64,000 nt of DNA, taken from Octopus vulgaris (taxonomy: Eukaryota). The notes under the pieces are model-generated. The model did no database searches. It worked only from the letters and a program-made list of their open reading frames with translations, and was not told the origin of the DNA. Location: the NCBI GenBank assembly GCA_951406725.2, contig OX597815.1, positions 24,056,001 to 24,120,000 of the forward strand, in the 5' to 3' direction. Positions 1-15,493 of the stretch are shown piece by piece. How positions within the stretch are numbered: position 1 is the stretch's first letter; the number at the start of each line of letters is the position of its first letter. A program made the translations under genes and the position numbers.

Positions 1-93
1 TTTACATTGTTATTGTTTGATTTTCTTCACTGGTAATCTAGTTAGGCTTAGATAATGCTTAGATATGGATGTCTAGTTTTAGGAGCTTCTGTG

Positions 94-94
<1 letters not shown>

Positions 95-186
<92 letters not shown>

Positions 187-414
187 TACATACATACATA
201 CATACATACATACATACATACATACATGCATGCATGCACACATACATACATACATACTGAGAGAGTGTGGTAGAAAAATTGATGGATGCACATATATGCG
301 TATATGTATATATGTGTGTATATGTGCGTGTGTGTGCGTGTGTCTGTGTGCGTATGTATAAATGTGCATATACGTAAATCCTGTACATGATATGCCATAT
401 ATATATACGCGAGT

Positions 415-501
<87 letters not shown>

Positions 502-610
502 TACATATATATATATATATATGCATAATATATATATATATATATATATATATCATGCATGCATGTATGTATGTATATGTATATATCTATATACTGTATA
601 TATATATAAG
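95..610. repeat. Compound microsatellites (CA)n/(CATA)n/(TA)n
   Basis: Directly visible; explains ORFs 48..665. Confidence 0.95.
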
Positions 611-732
611 CGTGTGTGTCTGCTATTTCGTGAACCGTTTCGACATTTTTAAGCTATGTGAATAACTTCTAGAAAGTACTTCAAGTATATTATGAAAGAA
701 TGAGGGAGAGAAAAGAGGCGGGGTAGGGGTTG

Positions 733-763
<31 letters not shown>

Positions 764-913
764 GAGAACGAAAGAACGAAAGAAAGGAAGAAAGGAAGGA
801 AGAAAGAAAGACAGAAAAAAGTCTGTTACTAAGTTGGTTGACTTGAAATAACCCTGCTATTTGAAGATATATTTAATGAATGCACCACTTTTTTCAGGAA
901 TCTTTCATTATCA

Positions 914-999
<86 letters not shown>

Positions 1000-1387
1000 A
1001 ACCGAGATCTCGGTGTCGGGTAGATATCTAAGTGTTGTAATTTCTCGAGAGAATATTTTAGACGGCAGAGATCATGTTATGAAGAAGGTACGATACGGCA
1101 AGTTTTGGTGCTGATGCCTGTTGTTGTTGCTATTGTTGTTATTGTCATCGTTGTTGTTGTTGTTGTTATTGTGGTAGTTCTGCTTACTAGTTTTGTGATT
1201 AGACAAACCCTTTTTTTCTTTTTTTCTTGTGCTGGAAAAAATACCTGAGCTTCCTCAAGATGGTACTTGATTGCATGTTCAGTAAATTTTCCCGTTTCAA
1301 CTCAAGCTGAGAGTAATGGCGGCAGATAAGATAAACGCCGGATTGCGATGGAATCAACAGCAACAAAACTATCAGCTATCACTATAT

Positions 1388-1653
1388 TCCTCCTCCTCCT
1401 CCTTCTCCTCCTCTTCCTCCACCACCTCCTCCACCTCCTCCTCCTAAACCACCACCACCACCACCATCACCACCATCTCCACCTCCTCCTCCACCGCCAC
1501 CACCACCTCCTCCTCCTCCTTCTCCACCACCTCCTCCTCCAGCACCTGCTCCTCCTCCTCCTCCAGCTCTTCCTCCTCCTCCTCTACCTCCTCCTCCTCC
1601 ACCTCCTCCTCCACCTCCTCCTCCACCTCCTCCTCCACCTCCTCCTCCTCTTC

Positions 1654-1704
<51 letters not shown>

Positions 1705-1722
1705 GTCATCATCATCATCATC
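1388..1722. repeat. (CCT/CCA)n and (CAT)n trinucleotide tracts
   Basis: Directly visible. Confidence 0.95.
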
Positions 1723-2231
1723 CTAGTATAGTCTTCGTCGTTATCGACGTCGTCGTATTCGTCATCATTAGCAGTATTATTAACCATAAAGGTGTTGGCT
1801 GTTCAGAAAGGTGTTGGATGCTCTCCAGTAAAGTAGATAACAGCTTGGGAAAATACGCATCCCTTTAAGCTAATGTTTTTCGCGCAATTCAAAAGAATTT
1901 GATGGAGGACTTTTTTCTCCAAATGTTTGAGTCAACTCTTTGCATGACATAAACAGACTTTTGCAATCTGGAATATAATCATATTTCATCCATACAACAA
2001 CATTTTACTTACACAGAAGCGTTAAGAGTTAAGTGCCTGGTACAAATACAAAGCAAAAATGCTTGCATCGAATTCGAACTCAAGAATTTTGGATCGCATA
2101 TCCAATATCTTATTCACGAAGCCTTTTCCTCTTTTTAAAAAATATTTCTTAAAGATTTCGATTAGAAATTAGTCAGACCAAAATTAGAAGCCTTGTGCCT
2201 AAATTAAAAAGAAATAATATTGCTAGTGAGA

Positions 2232-2270
<39 letters not shown>

Positions 2271-2464
2271 TTCATTTCATAATTCAGTTCTGTTTCCATT
2301 TCTTGCTGAGTGTCTTCTTGAAACCTAGGGCAGAGAAACGCACTGTATACATTGGTAGGCCACTAAAATAAACACACCAGATTGTTCATTTACAGTCCTT
2401 TGATAGGGAAAAGGAGGGAGAAAGACAGAGAGAAAAGGAAAAATAAAAATGAAAAATTAAACAA

Positions 2465-2845
<381 letters not shown>

Positions 2846-2902
2846 AAAATAACGCGGGAAAAAAAGAAAGAAAATTCCCAGCGACAATGCTCTTCTCAAT
2901 AC

Positions 2903-3298
2903 TTTTCTACTCGAGGCACAAGACCCGAAATTTTGGAGGAGGGGGCTAGTCGATTATATCGACCCCAGTACGCAACTGGTACTTAATTTATCGACCTTGA
3001 AAGGATGAAAGGCAAAGTCGACCTCGGCGGAATTTGAACTCAGAATGTAAAGACAGACAAATACCTATTTCTTTACTACCCACAAGGGGCTAAACACAGA
3101 GAGGACAAACAAGAACAGACAAACGGATTAAGTCGATTATATCGACCCCAGTGCGTGACTGGTACTTATTTAATCCGCCCCGAAATGATGAAAGGCAAAG
3201 TCGACCTCGGTGGAATTTGAACTCAGAACGTAGCGACAGACGAAATATCGCAAAGCATATCGCCCGGCGTGCTAACGTTTCTGCCAACTCACCGTCTT
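2903..3298 (-). mobile_element. SINE family A (Nin/Deu-like core), two-unit copy
   Basis: Core GGTCGACTTTGCCTTTCATC; 17 bp TSD AATG(C/T)TCTTCTCAATAC at 2886-2902 and 3299-3315. Confidence 0.85.
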
Positions 3299-3299
3299 A

Positions 3300-3625
3300 A
3301 TGTTCTTCTCAATACGTGTGACGTAACAGTTTAGACAATCTTTTGCACTTCCTACATGTGATCATTCTTAAATAATTTTCGGTTCCTTTTTATTGATAAT
3401 TCCATGTGCTCCTACAATCACTGGTGTTGTAACCGTCTTGGGATGCCACATCTTTTCGAATAGCAAATCTTTATATATTCTGAGTTAATCAATTACTTTG
3501 CCGAGATATTATGGTCACATGGTATGCTCACGTCAATCAATAAACAGACTTTATGGCTTTTGGTTTTCACAAGAATATCTGGTTTATTTGGTTTGATGTA
3601 CATACTGGGAAGTTCCAAAGAATCG
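3300..3625 (-). mobile_element. R4/Dong-type LINE, restriction-like endonuclease fragment
   Basis: Minus strand reads KPNKPDILVK..CLLIDVSIPCDHN...YKDL...PVIVGAHG. Confidence 0.8.
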
Positions 3626-3640
3626 TTATATTATCTCCCT

Positions 3641-3805
3641 AGCGGTAATTCGCCCGTCGCTACGTTCTGAGTTCAAATTCCGCCGAGGTCGACTTTGCTT
3701 TTCATCCATTCGGGGTCGATAAAATAAGTACCAGTTGAGCACTAGGGTCGATGTAATCAACTCATACTCACATCCCCCAAACTGCCCTTGTGGCAAAAAT
3801 TTGAA

Positions 3806-3806
<1 letters not shown>
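3641..3806 (+). mobile_element. SINE family A fragment
   Basis: Core GAGTTCAAATTCCGCCGAGGTCGACTTTGC. Confidence 0.8.
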
Positions 3807-3873
<67 letters not shown>

Positions 3874-3899
3874 GATAATGATAATGATAATAATAATAA

Positions 3900-5280
<1,381 letters not shown>

Positions 5281-5307
5281 AATAATAATAATGATGATGA
5301 TGATGAA

Positions 5308-5403
<96 letters not shown>

Positions 5404-5420
5404 TATTATTATTATTATTA

Positions 5421-5635
5421 AGGTGGCGAGCTGGCAGAATCGTAAGCACACCGAACGAAATGCCTAGCGGTATTTCGGCCATCCTTATGTTCTGAGTTCA
5501 AATTCCGCCGAGGTCGACTTTGCCTTTCATCCTTTCATGATCGATAAAATAAGTACCAGTTGAACACTGGGGTTGATGTAATTCACTCATTACCTCCTCC
5601 AAAATTGCTGCCCTGGTGGCAAAATTTGAAACCAT
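5421..5635 (+). mobile_element. SINE family A
   Basis: Head GGTGGCGAGCTGGCAGAA plus core. Confidence 0.85.
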
Positions 5636-6043
5636 TATTATTATTACTGATGTTGTTGTTGTTATTGTTGTTTTTGTTGTTGTTATCGTCAATATAATTA
5701 CAGCTAATATTTCTGTTACTATACATCAAACAGTTCTAGAAACCTTGACATTATTTCATTTCCCGTTTGTGATATGTGTATAACATGTCAACTCGATATA
5801 CTTCAATATGCCGAGTCATAGATTTTTCTGTTGTATCTGTCTTTTGGGTGAGTCACTTCGTTATAATATAACATCACGAACCGCCCTAAGTCTGTACAAA
5901 CTGCAATCTAACCTACTTGAATATAGTTTAATGAAATGAAATTCGCAGAGCCAAATTCATTAGATATACGATCGGAAAACATCAATTGTGAAACCTAATA
6001 TTTATAATTAGCGAAACCTCTCAGTGTATAAATTTATAATTTA

Positions 6044-6556
6044 CTAGCAGTATCGCCCGGCGTTGCTCGGGTTTGTAAGGGAAATAACTATATAAGCATT
6101 TTTAGAGAGTTACTTCCCTTATAGATGCCAATTCGGCCAATTCTGAGCCATTTCTGTTTTGGTGTCTTCAAGCCATGAAGTCGTTGTTCTAAAAGAACGC
6201 TGGTCTCCTTGACAACGCTTTACGACCTTGATTTCCTTAAACTCCCTTCCCCACAGCTTCACGAGGGAGGGAAGAAGGGGAAGCAAACAGGTGCAGGTGT
6301 TTGAGCGTGGACGCCAACTCCGCCGCCATCGACACACGAAAAATTATGCATTAAAATGGAATAAAAAATGATGTTAAATTATTTTTAAAATCGTAGACTC
6401 ATCGTAGACGCGCGCTAATACTCAGACGGGCTCGATATGAATCACGACTATAAGATACCCGAATTTGGTTAAACTGCACCGCAAAATGTGGGAGTAGTTA
6501 GGAATCTAAATCGAAGGGGACAGACACTCACACAACTACAGTTTTATATATATAGA
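6044..6556 (-). mobile_element. Non-autonomous Helitron
   Basis: Minus strand starts TCTATATATATAAA and ends with hairpin CCCGAGCAACGCCGGG then CTAG; same family as 42253-42651. Confidence 0.85.
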
Positions 6557-7030
6557 TTAGCGAAACCTCTCAGTGTATAAATTTATAATTTGTTATATAT
6601 CTTCGGTGATGTGTTACATAGACAAATACAAACATGTGTGTGTTATCATTAAACCTTTTAGGCCAGCCCTAATAAAGCAGGCCTATAAGTTGAAGCATTC
6701 CAGCCATGACAATCCTGTCTTATTTATTTCAAATACCTGCGACTGCATTATCTTATCTTTTACCTTGTTTCCGTCATGTGATTGCGGCCATGCTGGAGCA
6801 CCGCCCTGAAGATTTAGTTGAATAAATCGTACTTATTTATTATGTACGATTAAGATTGGTTGTTATTTCTTGCTAATCGAACCCCTTAGAAGTTTCTTGT
6901 TGGTTCATGGTATATTATTTCGATGGAAAACGTGGGGCCTATAACTTTTGAAAACTTTCTAAAATCGGTGAAATCATCTTAGGCATAGGCGGCCAACAGA
7001 CTGCAGTTCTGATCGGGGAAAAGTGTTTAA

Positions 7031-7401
7031 CCCTTTGTCCTAAACATTTTCAAAAGTTTGTTATAAACGTCCTTGTTTGTTTTTGGAATTTGAGTTAGCC
7101 CCAGTGTCATACGTCGATAACACACGGACACACACACTCGTGGTCTCGATCGTAGCCGCCGCTGCAGCAGCTGCCAACTGCTACTGAGACCGATCGAACG
7201 ACTGACTGACTACTTGCTACTCCAGCAAGAGAGAGTCGGAGTTGCTCCCGCCGTTTGCCCGCGCTTCTTCTTCTCGTTCTTTTATGAGTCCCAAGTTAAT
7301 TTGTTGGTTGAAAAAATTGAGAATGTGTATCATATATGATGCATGGACGTCAGGGAAATATGTTTTGTGTATCACATGTAATACAGAGGACAGGCAAAGG
7401 G
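7031..7401. mobile_element. piggyBac-type non-autonomous element
   Basis: TTAA-CCCTTTG ... CAAAGGG-TTAA termini. Confidence 0.6.
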
Positions 7402-8188
7402 TTAAAATATGCCATCCTCTGCCTCACAGAAACCATACGAGTGCTCAGAGAAGACAAGATAGATATGAAGAGGTGTCTGATAAACTAGTGTTTCTTAGTT
7501 TTCAATCTTCACTGATCCCTCTCCACAAGAAGTAACATCTGTGAGGATTGAAAATCTAGACGAACAGCCAGCCATGTTTAATATAAAGATGGTGTTTCAA
7601 ATTTTTAAACTTGTTTAACATCATAGTAAAGAAAGAAGAATTATACGTTTGGACACTCTATTTTTTTCTCCTCATTGATAAGGGCTGGAACAGGGAAAAG
7701 AATTCGTACTTGCCAGTTTGAGAACCACTGTGTAAAACCACACGATCGTTAGAAGTCGCATGTAGAAAACAGAGACTCTAGCAATTGCTTGAAAACGACT
7801 ATGTAGGAGAGTATTTTGACACTTGGATGATAGAATCTATTTTATATCACTATTTATGAACTGTTGAGCTTTTAGTTTCTAGTTTCCAGCGGGCTAACCA
7901 CTAATTCACTGCATTTTTGATGGTTTGAATGACACAATAATGTCTAGATTAGGGATGTGAAACCTGTTTTGGCTTTGCGGGGGGAGATTAAAGTATAAAG
8001 TGTAGCAGTAAAGTATAAAGTATAAAGCGAACAGAGACACTTGTTTCTAAAATCACCTTTTCAAAATGTAGGACAACGTAAATGAGTAACGTACACTATA
8101 ACAACTTCGGTAACAATGAGTAAACGAAAACTCTGAGGTGTTAGCAAGGTTTTATGTGCAGAGATGTATGAGGAAAAGTTTATTATGC

Positions 8189-8252
<64 letters not shown>

Positions 8253-8255
<3 letters not shown>

Positions 8256-8545
8256 AGGCGCAATGGGCCAGTGGCTAGGGCGGCTGACTCGCGGTTTCGA
8301 TTCCCAGACCGGGCGTTGTGAGTGTTTATTGAGCGAAAACGCCTAAAGCTCCACGAGGCTCCGGCAGGGGGTGGTGGGAATCCCTGCTGTACTCTTTCGC
8401 CACAACTTTCTCGCACTCTTTCTTCTGTTGGCCTGCTCGCTTAGCCAGCGGGGTGGCGTCTTCTAAAGGCTAAAACAATGCGAAACGCATTGTGACCAGC
8501 GATGTGTAACAACATCTGATAGCCTGGTCGGTCACGGTGATCACG

Positions 8546-8549
<4 letters not shown>
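8253..8549 (+). mobile_element. tRNA-derived SINE family C
   Basis: A/B-box-like head (GGGCCAGTGG ... GTTTCGATTCCC); homologous inverted copy at 62876-63145. Confidence 0.8.
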
Positions 8550-8636
<87 letters not shown>

Positions 8637-10484
8637 GTCAGAGACTAAAACGACGCAAATGAATAGATGCAGTTCTTGAGAAGACGAATCCTTGATAGAA
8701 AGTCGGCACTGTAGAATTCATTCGGACTAACACGTATATAAATTTGAAAGAAAGAAAGGGGAAAAAAGCTTCTGTTTGGTTCGGTGTGTATAGACAGAGC
8801 CAAGGAGGGGAAATAAGTCACATCTTTTAAGTTTAGTTTATCGATCACGAAAAGATGCCAAACAAAGTTGACATCGGCGGAATTTGAACTCAGGAGGTTA
8901 AAGGAACCAGCAAAGATACAGCAAGATATCTTTCTCCCGGAATTCTAACGATTCTGCCAAGCTGCTACCCTTAACCTGTACATAATAACATTATGCAATA
9001 ACGTGACATAACACAATGATAGCATAATTTTTAATTGTTTGCTTTTACACAGTAGTCAATAAAACTGGGTCGCAAACATTAATACCAGATGAGATAACGG
9101 AACCAAACGTTGGTAATGAGAGATGGAATTAATAAAAGAAAACACATATATACTATAATATGTCCTTAAGCATTCAATTAAAAAAAAATCATAAAATAAT
9201 TTCGTGTAGTCGTGTTTCGTAATATCGATTATATAACAACGGATATTCCGACATTTGCGTTTCGTTGGAAGTGCAGTTGGCGGGTTGCTTACAGAGTTAT
9301 GGTGTACAAAACAAGGAGAATCTCTGACATAAAGTAAACATATATATGTATATATATATATACACACACCCACGCACACACACGTATATATATGTAAATG
9401 AACTAGGTCAGAGAAATAGACCTACTTTATAATAATACACAATCACAAATATACACACACACACGTGTGTGTGTGTGTGTGTGTTCCATTGTGTTAGATT
9501 TAGATAAACATGTACAATAAGTCTTCTGACTTGACTTTTTAATTTTGTTTTAATAATGAACGTGATGGAGGCCCATATATCTCACATCATTCCACATCAA
9601 TCATATATAACAACTCTTTTCATTTCTTTACGTCTCACAATCTCACTTTATCTCCCGACTCACTCTTCTTCTTCTTCTTCTTCTTCTTCTTCTTCTTCTT
9701 CTTCTTCTTCTTCTTCTTCCTCCTCCTCCACCTGCTTCATCATCATCATCATCATCTTCTTCTCCTCCTCCTCCTCCTCCTCCACCTCCTCCTCCACCAC
9801 TTGCTTCATCATCATCATCATCATCTTCTTCTTCTCCTCCTCCTCCTCCACCTGCTTCATCATCATCATCATCTTCTTCTTCTTCTTCTCCTCCTCCTCC
9901 TCCTCCTCCACCTGCTTCATCATCATCATCTTCTTCTTCTTCCTTTCTCTCCCTCTCTCTCTCCCTTCCTCCCCTTCTCCTTCTCTCTTATCCATCTTCT
10001 TTTTCTATGTATGCGTCCCTGTTACTTTTTACTGCGCCTACCGCACACACACAAACACATACACACACACACACACACACAACAAGGACAACAACTACAA
10101 CAACACGCATACAAACACTATATGTGTATGTGTGTGTGTGTGTGTGTGTGCGTGCGTGTGTTCCCACGTTATTGTACCGTCTTTCCCTCCTCCCTCTATT
10201 TCATACTTTTCATACATGAGTGAACGTCGGAACCACCACCATATTGTTTAGACTTTATGCGCAAAGATACGGAAGCGAACAATCCAACAAAAACTTCAAC
10301 AAGTTTATTTGCTGGAAGATACACCATTATTCATCTGTTTATATAACACTGCAGTCAGTTTTCATTTCAGTCCGTAACGCCTGTCAGTTCTTTACTCAGT
10401 CAGCATTCATTCCTTCTTCTGTGAGTTGGATCGATCTCTCAGCACTTTTAATCACCAGCCTACTCTTCATTTTACAGTCCCCCC

Positions 10485-10570
<86 letters not shown>

Positions 10571-10583
10571 CATCCATCTATCC

Positions 10584-10617
<34 letters not shown>

Positions 10618-10618
10618 A

Positions 10619-10678
<60 letters not shown>

Positions 10679-10799
10679 AATCTATCTATCCCTTTTGATC
10701 GAAAGCCTACCCCACTTTTTTTTCTCTCCCCAAAAAGAAAAGCTCTACTTTGTAATCTGTCCCGTCTGTGTGCAGCCCTGTGCGGCTAATAAAGAAACA

Positions 10800-10895
<96 letters not shown>

Positions 10896-11275
10896 CAAGC
10901 TCTACATCCAAATAAATTAAGGCAAGAGATTCTTCATTCACAACTCAACAAATTATCTAGGGCATGATATGAATTCACAATTCTGTAGTCTGGAGGCCAA
11001 TTATTTAACCACTCACTCGTTACGAAGGCTGTATTGATTAGCAGGATTTCTCCCTCCACCAAATCTTCGTTTGAACTACAGATTCTGAGATGGGAGAAGT
11101 TTTAGAAAGGGAAAATCGATTGCTTTGTTGCACCAAAACTAACCCAGTTGTAAACATGGAAAAATAAATTTTAAGTGATAGTAAACGGGAGAATATCGCA
11201 AAGATCAATAAATTTAGGTCACACTTTTTAATGTATGATTTTCGTTTCTTGCCAATAAATCCTTGCGATGTAGTA

Positions 11276-11522
11276 GGTAGATGATATGTGCATCTCTGAT
11301 CACGAGCAGAAGTAGTGGGGGAGCATCATAGCCATGTGTTGAGAGGGATTCTTTGGGGTTTGAATAATTCACCTCTGGAAACATAGGTGTTTCGTTCAAC
11401 ATCCATAAACAACCCTTATTCAGGGACTTTTTGAGCAGGATGGATTACTCGACCAGAAGAAAATGAGCCCCACCTGCATGTGCTGTTTATCTTGATATGA
11501 GATCACCATGTCGCGCACATAG
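11276..11522 (-). repeat. Dispersed repeat family D
   Basis: About 11370-11522 is reverse-complement homologous to the 3' part of 20275-20552. Confidence 0.65.
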
Positions 11523-11619
11523 AGGTGTTACCTTAGATCACTGGTAGTGAACAGCTGACACTGTTGTACATCTCCAGCTTTAGAAGCTGTGCAAAGGTAA
11601 TAATAATAATAACAATAAT

Positions 11620-12130
11620 AACATCTCACTCCTCTGGAACTTCACCATTCAAACTGACAGAAAGATAGATGCAAATAGGCCAGACATCATATTGAAAGAC
11701 TTCAGACAAAGAACACGCCTCCTCATTGATATGACTGTCCCAATCGATATAAACGTATCTGTCAAGACCTACCAAAAAATGAGCAAATATAAAGATCTTG
11801 AAATAGAAATCAGCAAAATGTGGAACCTGAAGACTAAAACAATACCTGTTGTCATAGGTGCCCTGGGAATGATAGCAAAAGGGGCTGATTGCTACCTAAC
11901 TCAGATACCAGGAAACTCAATAATGGCAGAAATTCAAAAGACAGTGCTCATGGGAACTGTTCATATCCTACGCAGAATACTTTCTATGTAATCTCAAGGT
12001 TTAAAACAAATATAATTTTGTTTTTTTTTAGACATTCACTAGTACAACCCCCCCCCCCCCAAATATATGGCATACTAGGCATAACAACAACATGAGCTTC
12101 CAACCTGTTGTCTCTTGAGGTCTCTGGGTG
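11620..12130 (+). mobile_element. R4/Dong-type LINE 3' fragment
   Basis: Near-identical to 4586-5103; ORF 11692-11991; (AAT)n flanks. Confidence 0.9.
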
Positions 12131-12343
12131 ATAATGATAATAATAATAATGATGATCATGATGATAATTTTAAATTTTGGCAGAAGGCTAAAAGGAAGGG
12201 GCTAAGTCGATTACATTGACCGTAGTGTTCAACTCGTACTTGTTTCATTGAAAGGACGAAAGGCAAAGTGGACCTCAGCGGAATTTGAACTCAGCGTGAT
12301 ACCGGAAGGAATGCCACCAACCAATTTCTCCGGTGAAATAATA

Positions 12344-12375
<32 letters not shown>

Positions 12376-12553
12376 GCTAATTTTTTGGAATATGACGAAC
12401 AATTTTAGAATAAAGGGCTGTTTTGATACGGGCGAACCCAGTACTGAATTGGTAATTCACTACATCCATGTCCAGAGAGATGAGAAGCAAAGTTAACCAA
12501 GGCGAGATATAAATGCAGTTTACATCTACAATTATTTAATTACAGTTTTATTA

Positions 12554-12716
12554 TAGGTGCAGGGGTGGCTCTTTGGTAAGTAGCTTGCTTACCAACCACA
12601 TGGCACTGGGTTCAGTCCCACTGCGTGGCACCTTGGGCAAGTGTCTTCTACTATAGCTTCGGGTCGACCAAAGCCTTGTGAGTGGATTTGGTGGATGGAA
12701 ACTAAAAGAAACCCAT

Positions 12717-12756
<40 letters not shown>

Positions 12757-12920
12757 TCTCACCGTCGCTCGACAACCGATGTTGGTGTGTTCACGTTCCT
12801 ATAACATAGCGGTTCGGCAAAACAAAACCGATAGAAAGACCTGGGCTCGAATTGTTCGACTAAAGGTGGTGCTCCAGCATGGCCGCAGTCAAGTGACTGA
12901 AACAGATAAAAGAATAAAAG
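12554..12920 (+). mobile_element. SINE family B, near full length
   Basis: tRNA-like head (TGGTAAG ... GGTTCAGTCCC), CORE-like ACCTTGGGCAAGT, internal (TA)n. Confidence 0.85.
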
Positions 12921-13268
12921 ACCATATTCATAATATTGCAACTTTTAATTTCGCTTTGAATATCAATCGACTTTGCAGGGTGGTGGGAACGGAAATTTTC
13001 CTTTTTTCTTTTTTTTTTTTTTTGAACGCCATGTTGTAGTTCAAAGTTTCTTGCTCTTTTTAATGACTGTTGTCCCTAAATTCCACATACCTCGAATCAC
13101 TTTGCAATAACCACTTAAAAAATACTGCATTCAGTACTAGTTTTGATTAATTTCTTTTTTATATTTGCTGCACATAAATACTTTTCCTTGCTTCTGAATG
13201 AGCTACAAGTTGCATAACCCAGAATTTTTGTTTCTTAATGTTATAAATTGTTGAAGAACTTATATTAT

Positions 13269-13440
13269 TACCGTATTTACTCATGTATAAATCACACTCG
13301 TGTCGCATCCCTAGTTTAATGTTAAATTTTGATACAATTTTTTCCCCTTCGTAGTTTAGCTGTGCTCAGTGAATAAGTTTTTTTCCAGTTAAAATCAAGT
13401 ATAAAATATTCATAAATAAGTACGATATACTCACGTAATA
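13269..13440. mobile_element. Degenerate pogo/Tc2-like MITE
   Basis: TA-CCGTATTTACTC end; homologous to 32486-32713. Confidence 0.5.
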
Positions 13441-13510
13441 TAATGTTTCAATTTTCACCTCTATTTCATCAATGTAATATTTTGGTTTTCTGGTGCAATG
13501 TTTCACATCT

Positions 13511-13742
13511 TGGCGAGCTGGCAGAAACGTTAGAACGCCAGGCGAAATGCGTAGCTGTATTTCGTCTGCCGTTACATTCTGAGTTCAAATTCCGCCGAGG
13601 GCGACTTTGTCTTTCATCCTTTCGGAGGTCGATAAATTAAGTACCAGTTACGCACTGGGGTCGATATAATCGACTTAATCCGTTTGTCTGTCCTTGTTTG
13701 TCCTCTCTGTGTTTAGCCCCTTGTGGGTAGTTAAGAAATAGG
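13511..13742 (+). mobile_element. SINE family A
   Basis: Complete head, core and tail (AAGAAATA). Confidence 0.9.
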
Positions 13743-14039
13743 TTAATCTTGTTTACATTGGGATCCATTTTCCGTAATTGATGGACGATATATAATTAGC
13801 TAAAAGCAGGTACAAAGCACTCAGGCGTTGAACATTGTTGTTTTCAGCATACATCCAAACAGAGGGGAAGCAGCACCGGCGGGCTGTAGTAGCCCTTACG
13901 AAAATAAAATTCGGTGGAGCACAACAAAAAGAATCGGGTACTCTGACTTTTGAACGCTGGATAATAGATTCGTTGGAGATGGTTGTGAGGTTTTGTGTGT
14001 CTACGCAGATATAGTAATGAACAAAGTTATACAGTTCAG

Positions 14040-14487
14040 GGATCTTTTCGGTTTGAATGGCAGTTTTTTCTAGCGGTGTCATATGAAATTGTCACCCATA
14101 ATTATGACCCTAGTATCGATCTATTGCATTTCAATCTGTTTTAGGGTTAGGGTTAGTTAGGGTTAGGGTTAGGGCTAGGGTTATGGGTAGGGGGAAGGGT
14201 ATCTTTTTTCTTCAGAAATGTAAATAAACCCAATCTGTTTCTTAAACGAGAGACATTTTCATACGACACAGAATGTTTTCACCTCAATTAGACGTCATTG
14301 ATTAGTTGAAATTGCAGAAATTGAAGAAAAAAAAGAACAACAAATATCTTACAAACTATAGAATTTTCTCAATAAAGCCAAGAGAACAAGATGTTTTATA
14401 AACACATTCTACCAGTATACGAAGTTTAAAAGTGTTTAGTTACGTGGAAATTATTTTAAAAAACTGCCGTTCGAACCGAAAATATCC
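14040..14487 (+). mobile_element. Non-autonomous DNA transposon with ~30 bp TIRs carrying TTAGGG repeats
   Basis: TIR GGATCTTTTCGGTTTGAATGGCAGTTTT / AAAACTGCCGTTCGAACCGAAAATATCC; 8 bp TSD CAGTTCA(G/A); other copies at 56261 and 63625. Confidence 0.85.
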
Positions 14488-15189
14488 CAGTTCAAATTTG
14501 GAATAAATAACTTAAGTGACTAAAATAAACTGTTTGTTCCAAATTCATACTGTAAATCTTTCTTCTTTAGATTATCTACGTTAATTTTGTAGAGAGAACA
14601 GCTCACCGGAAATGCCCTTCACTTCATTCTGCTTCACTTCATTCGAGTCTCATTTAAATATCAAATGTATTTGCAATTGATTTCTTACTAGTATTTCAGA
14701 GTAATATTACAATGTGGATCATATTATAAATGTCATACATAATAGATATGAATACTCTATTTAACGATAATGTAAATGATAATTGCCCTTTTACGTTATG
14801 GTTGTATATTTTTTATTTCTGTTTAAGAATGTTTTATCTCCTGATATTTTCTTCACTTTCAACAATGGTATCTTTTTCAGATAATGCTCTGGATTTCTTT
14901 TATTTAATTTTACCAACAACCATGTTACTCATAATAAACAGACATGTGTAATGCGTAGGAATCATAAACGTTGGATTTATTGAAGTATTGAAGTGATTTA
15001 TTCTTTCTTTCTTTCTTTTTTTAGCTAGAAACGTAATTTTCTTTTATTCATTAAGAGGATGTGATATAATTAATAAGTTCCTTACGATGTAATAGTTTCT
15101 ATATCAACTATTGTATTTCTTTCCGATATTTGTCTTTTTCTGATAGTTTAGTCAGAGGACGAAATACTGTATTCGTAACCTTTCTCAGG

Positions 15190-15248
<59 letters not shown>

Positions 15249-15440
15249 CACACACACAAATTGAGATAGGGGTTGTAAATGCAACCCTCCATGGGATGAC
15301 ATATATCCAATATACTGCTAGTGAAGTACCCAACAAAGTTAATACATAAATGTTAATGATTGCGATGCAATCAATTCATTTACTGTACTATATGGGCAAA
15401 GGTAAAATTGTTTACCACAAATTTCTCCATTTTCTTATCT

Positions 15441-15493
<53 letters not shown>

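Noticed and set aside
48-665. ORFs rich in YI/HT/CV/MYVC repeats (also near 34 kb, 48 kb and 57-61 kb)
   Set aside because: Translations of di- and tetranucleotide microsatellites.
13750-14030. Possible exon after TTTTCAG
   Set aside because: No recognisable product and no convincing donor site.
14142-14190. TTAGGG array as a true telomere or chromosome fusion site
   Set aside because: Short and internal to a TIR element present three times.
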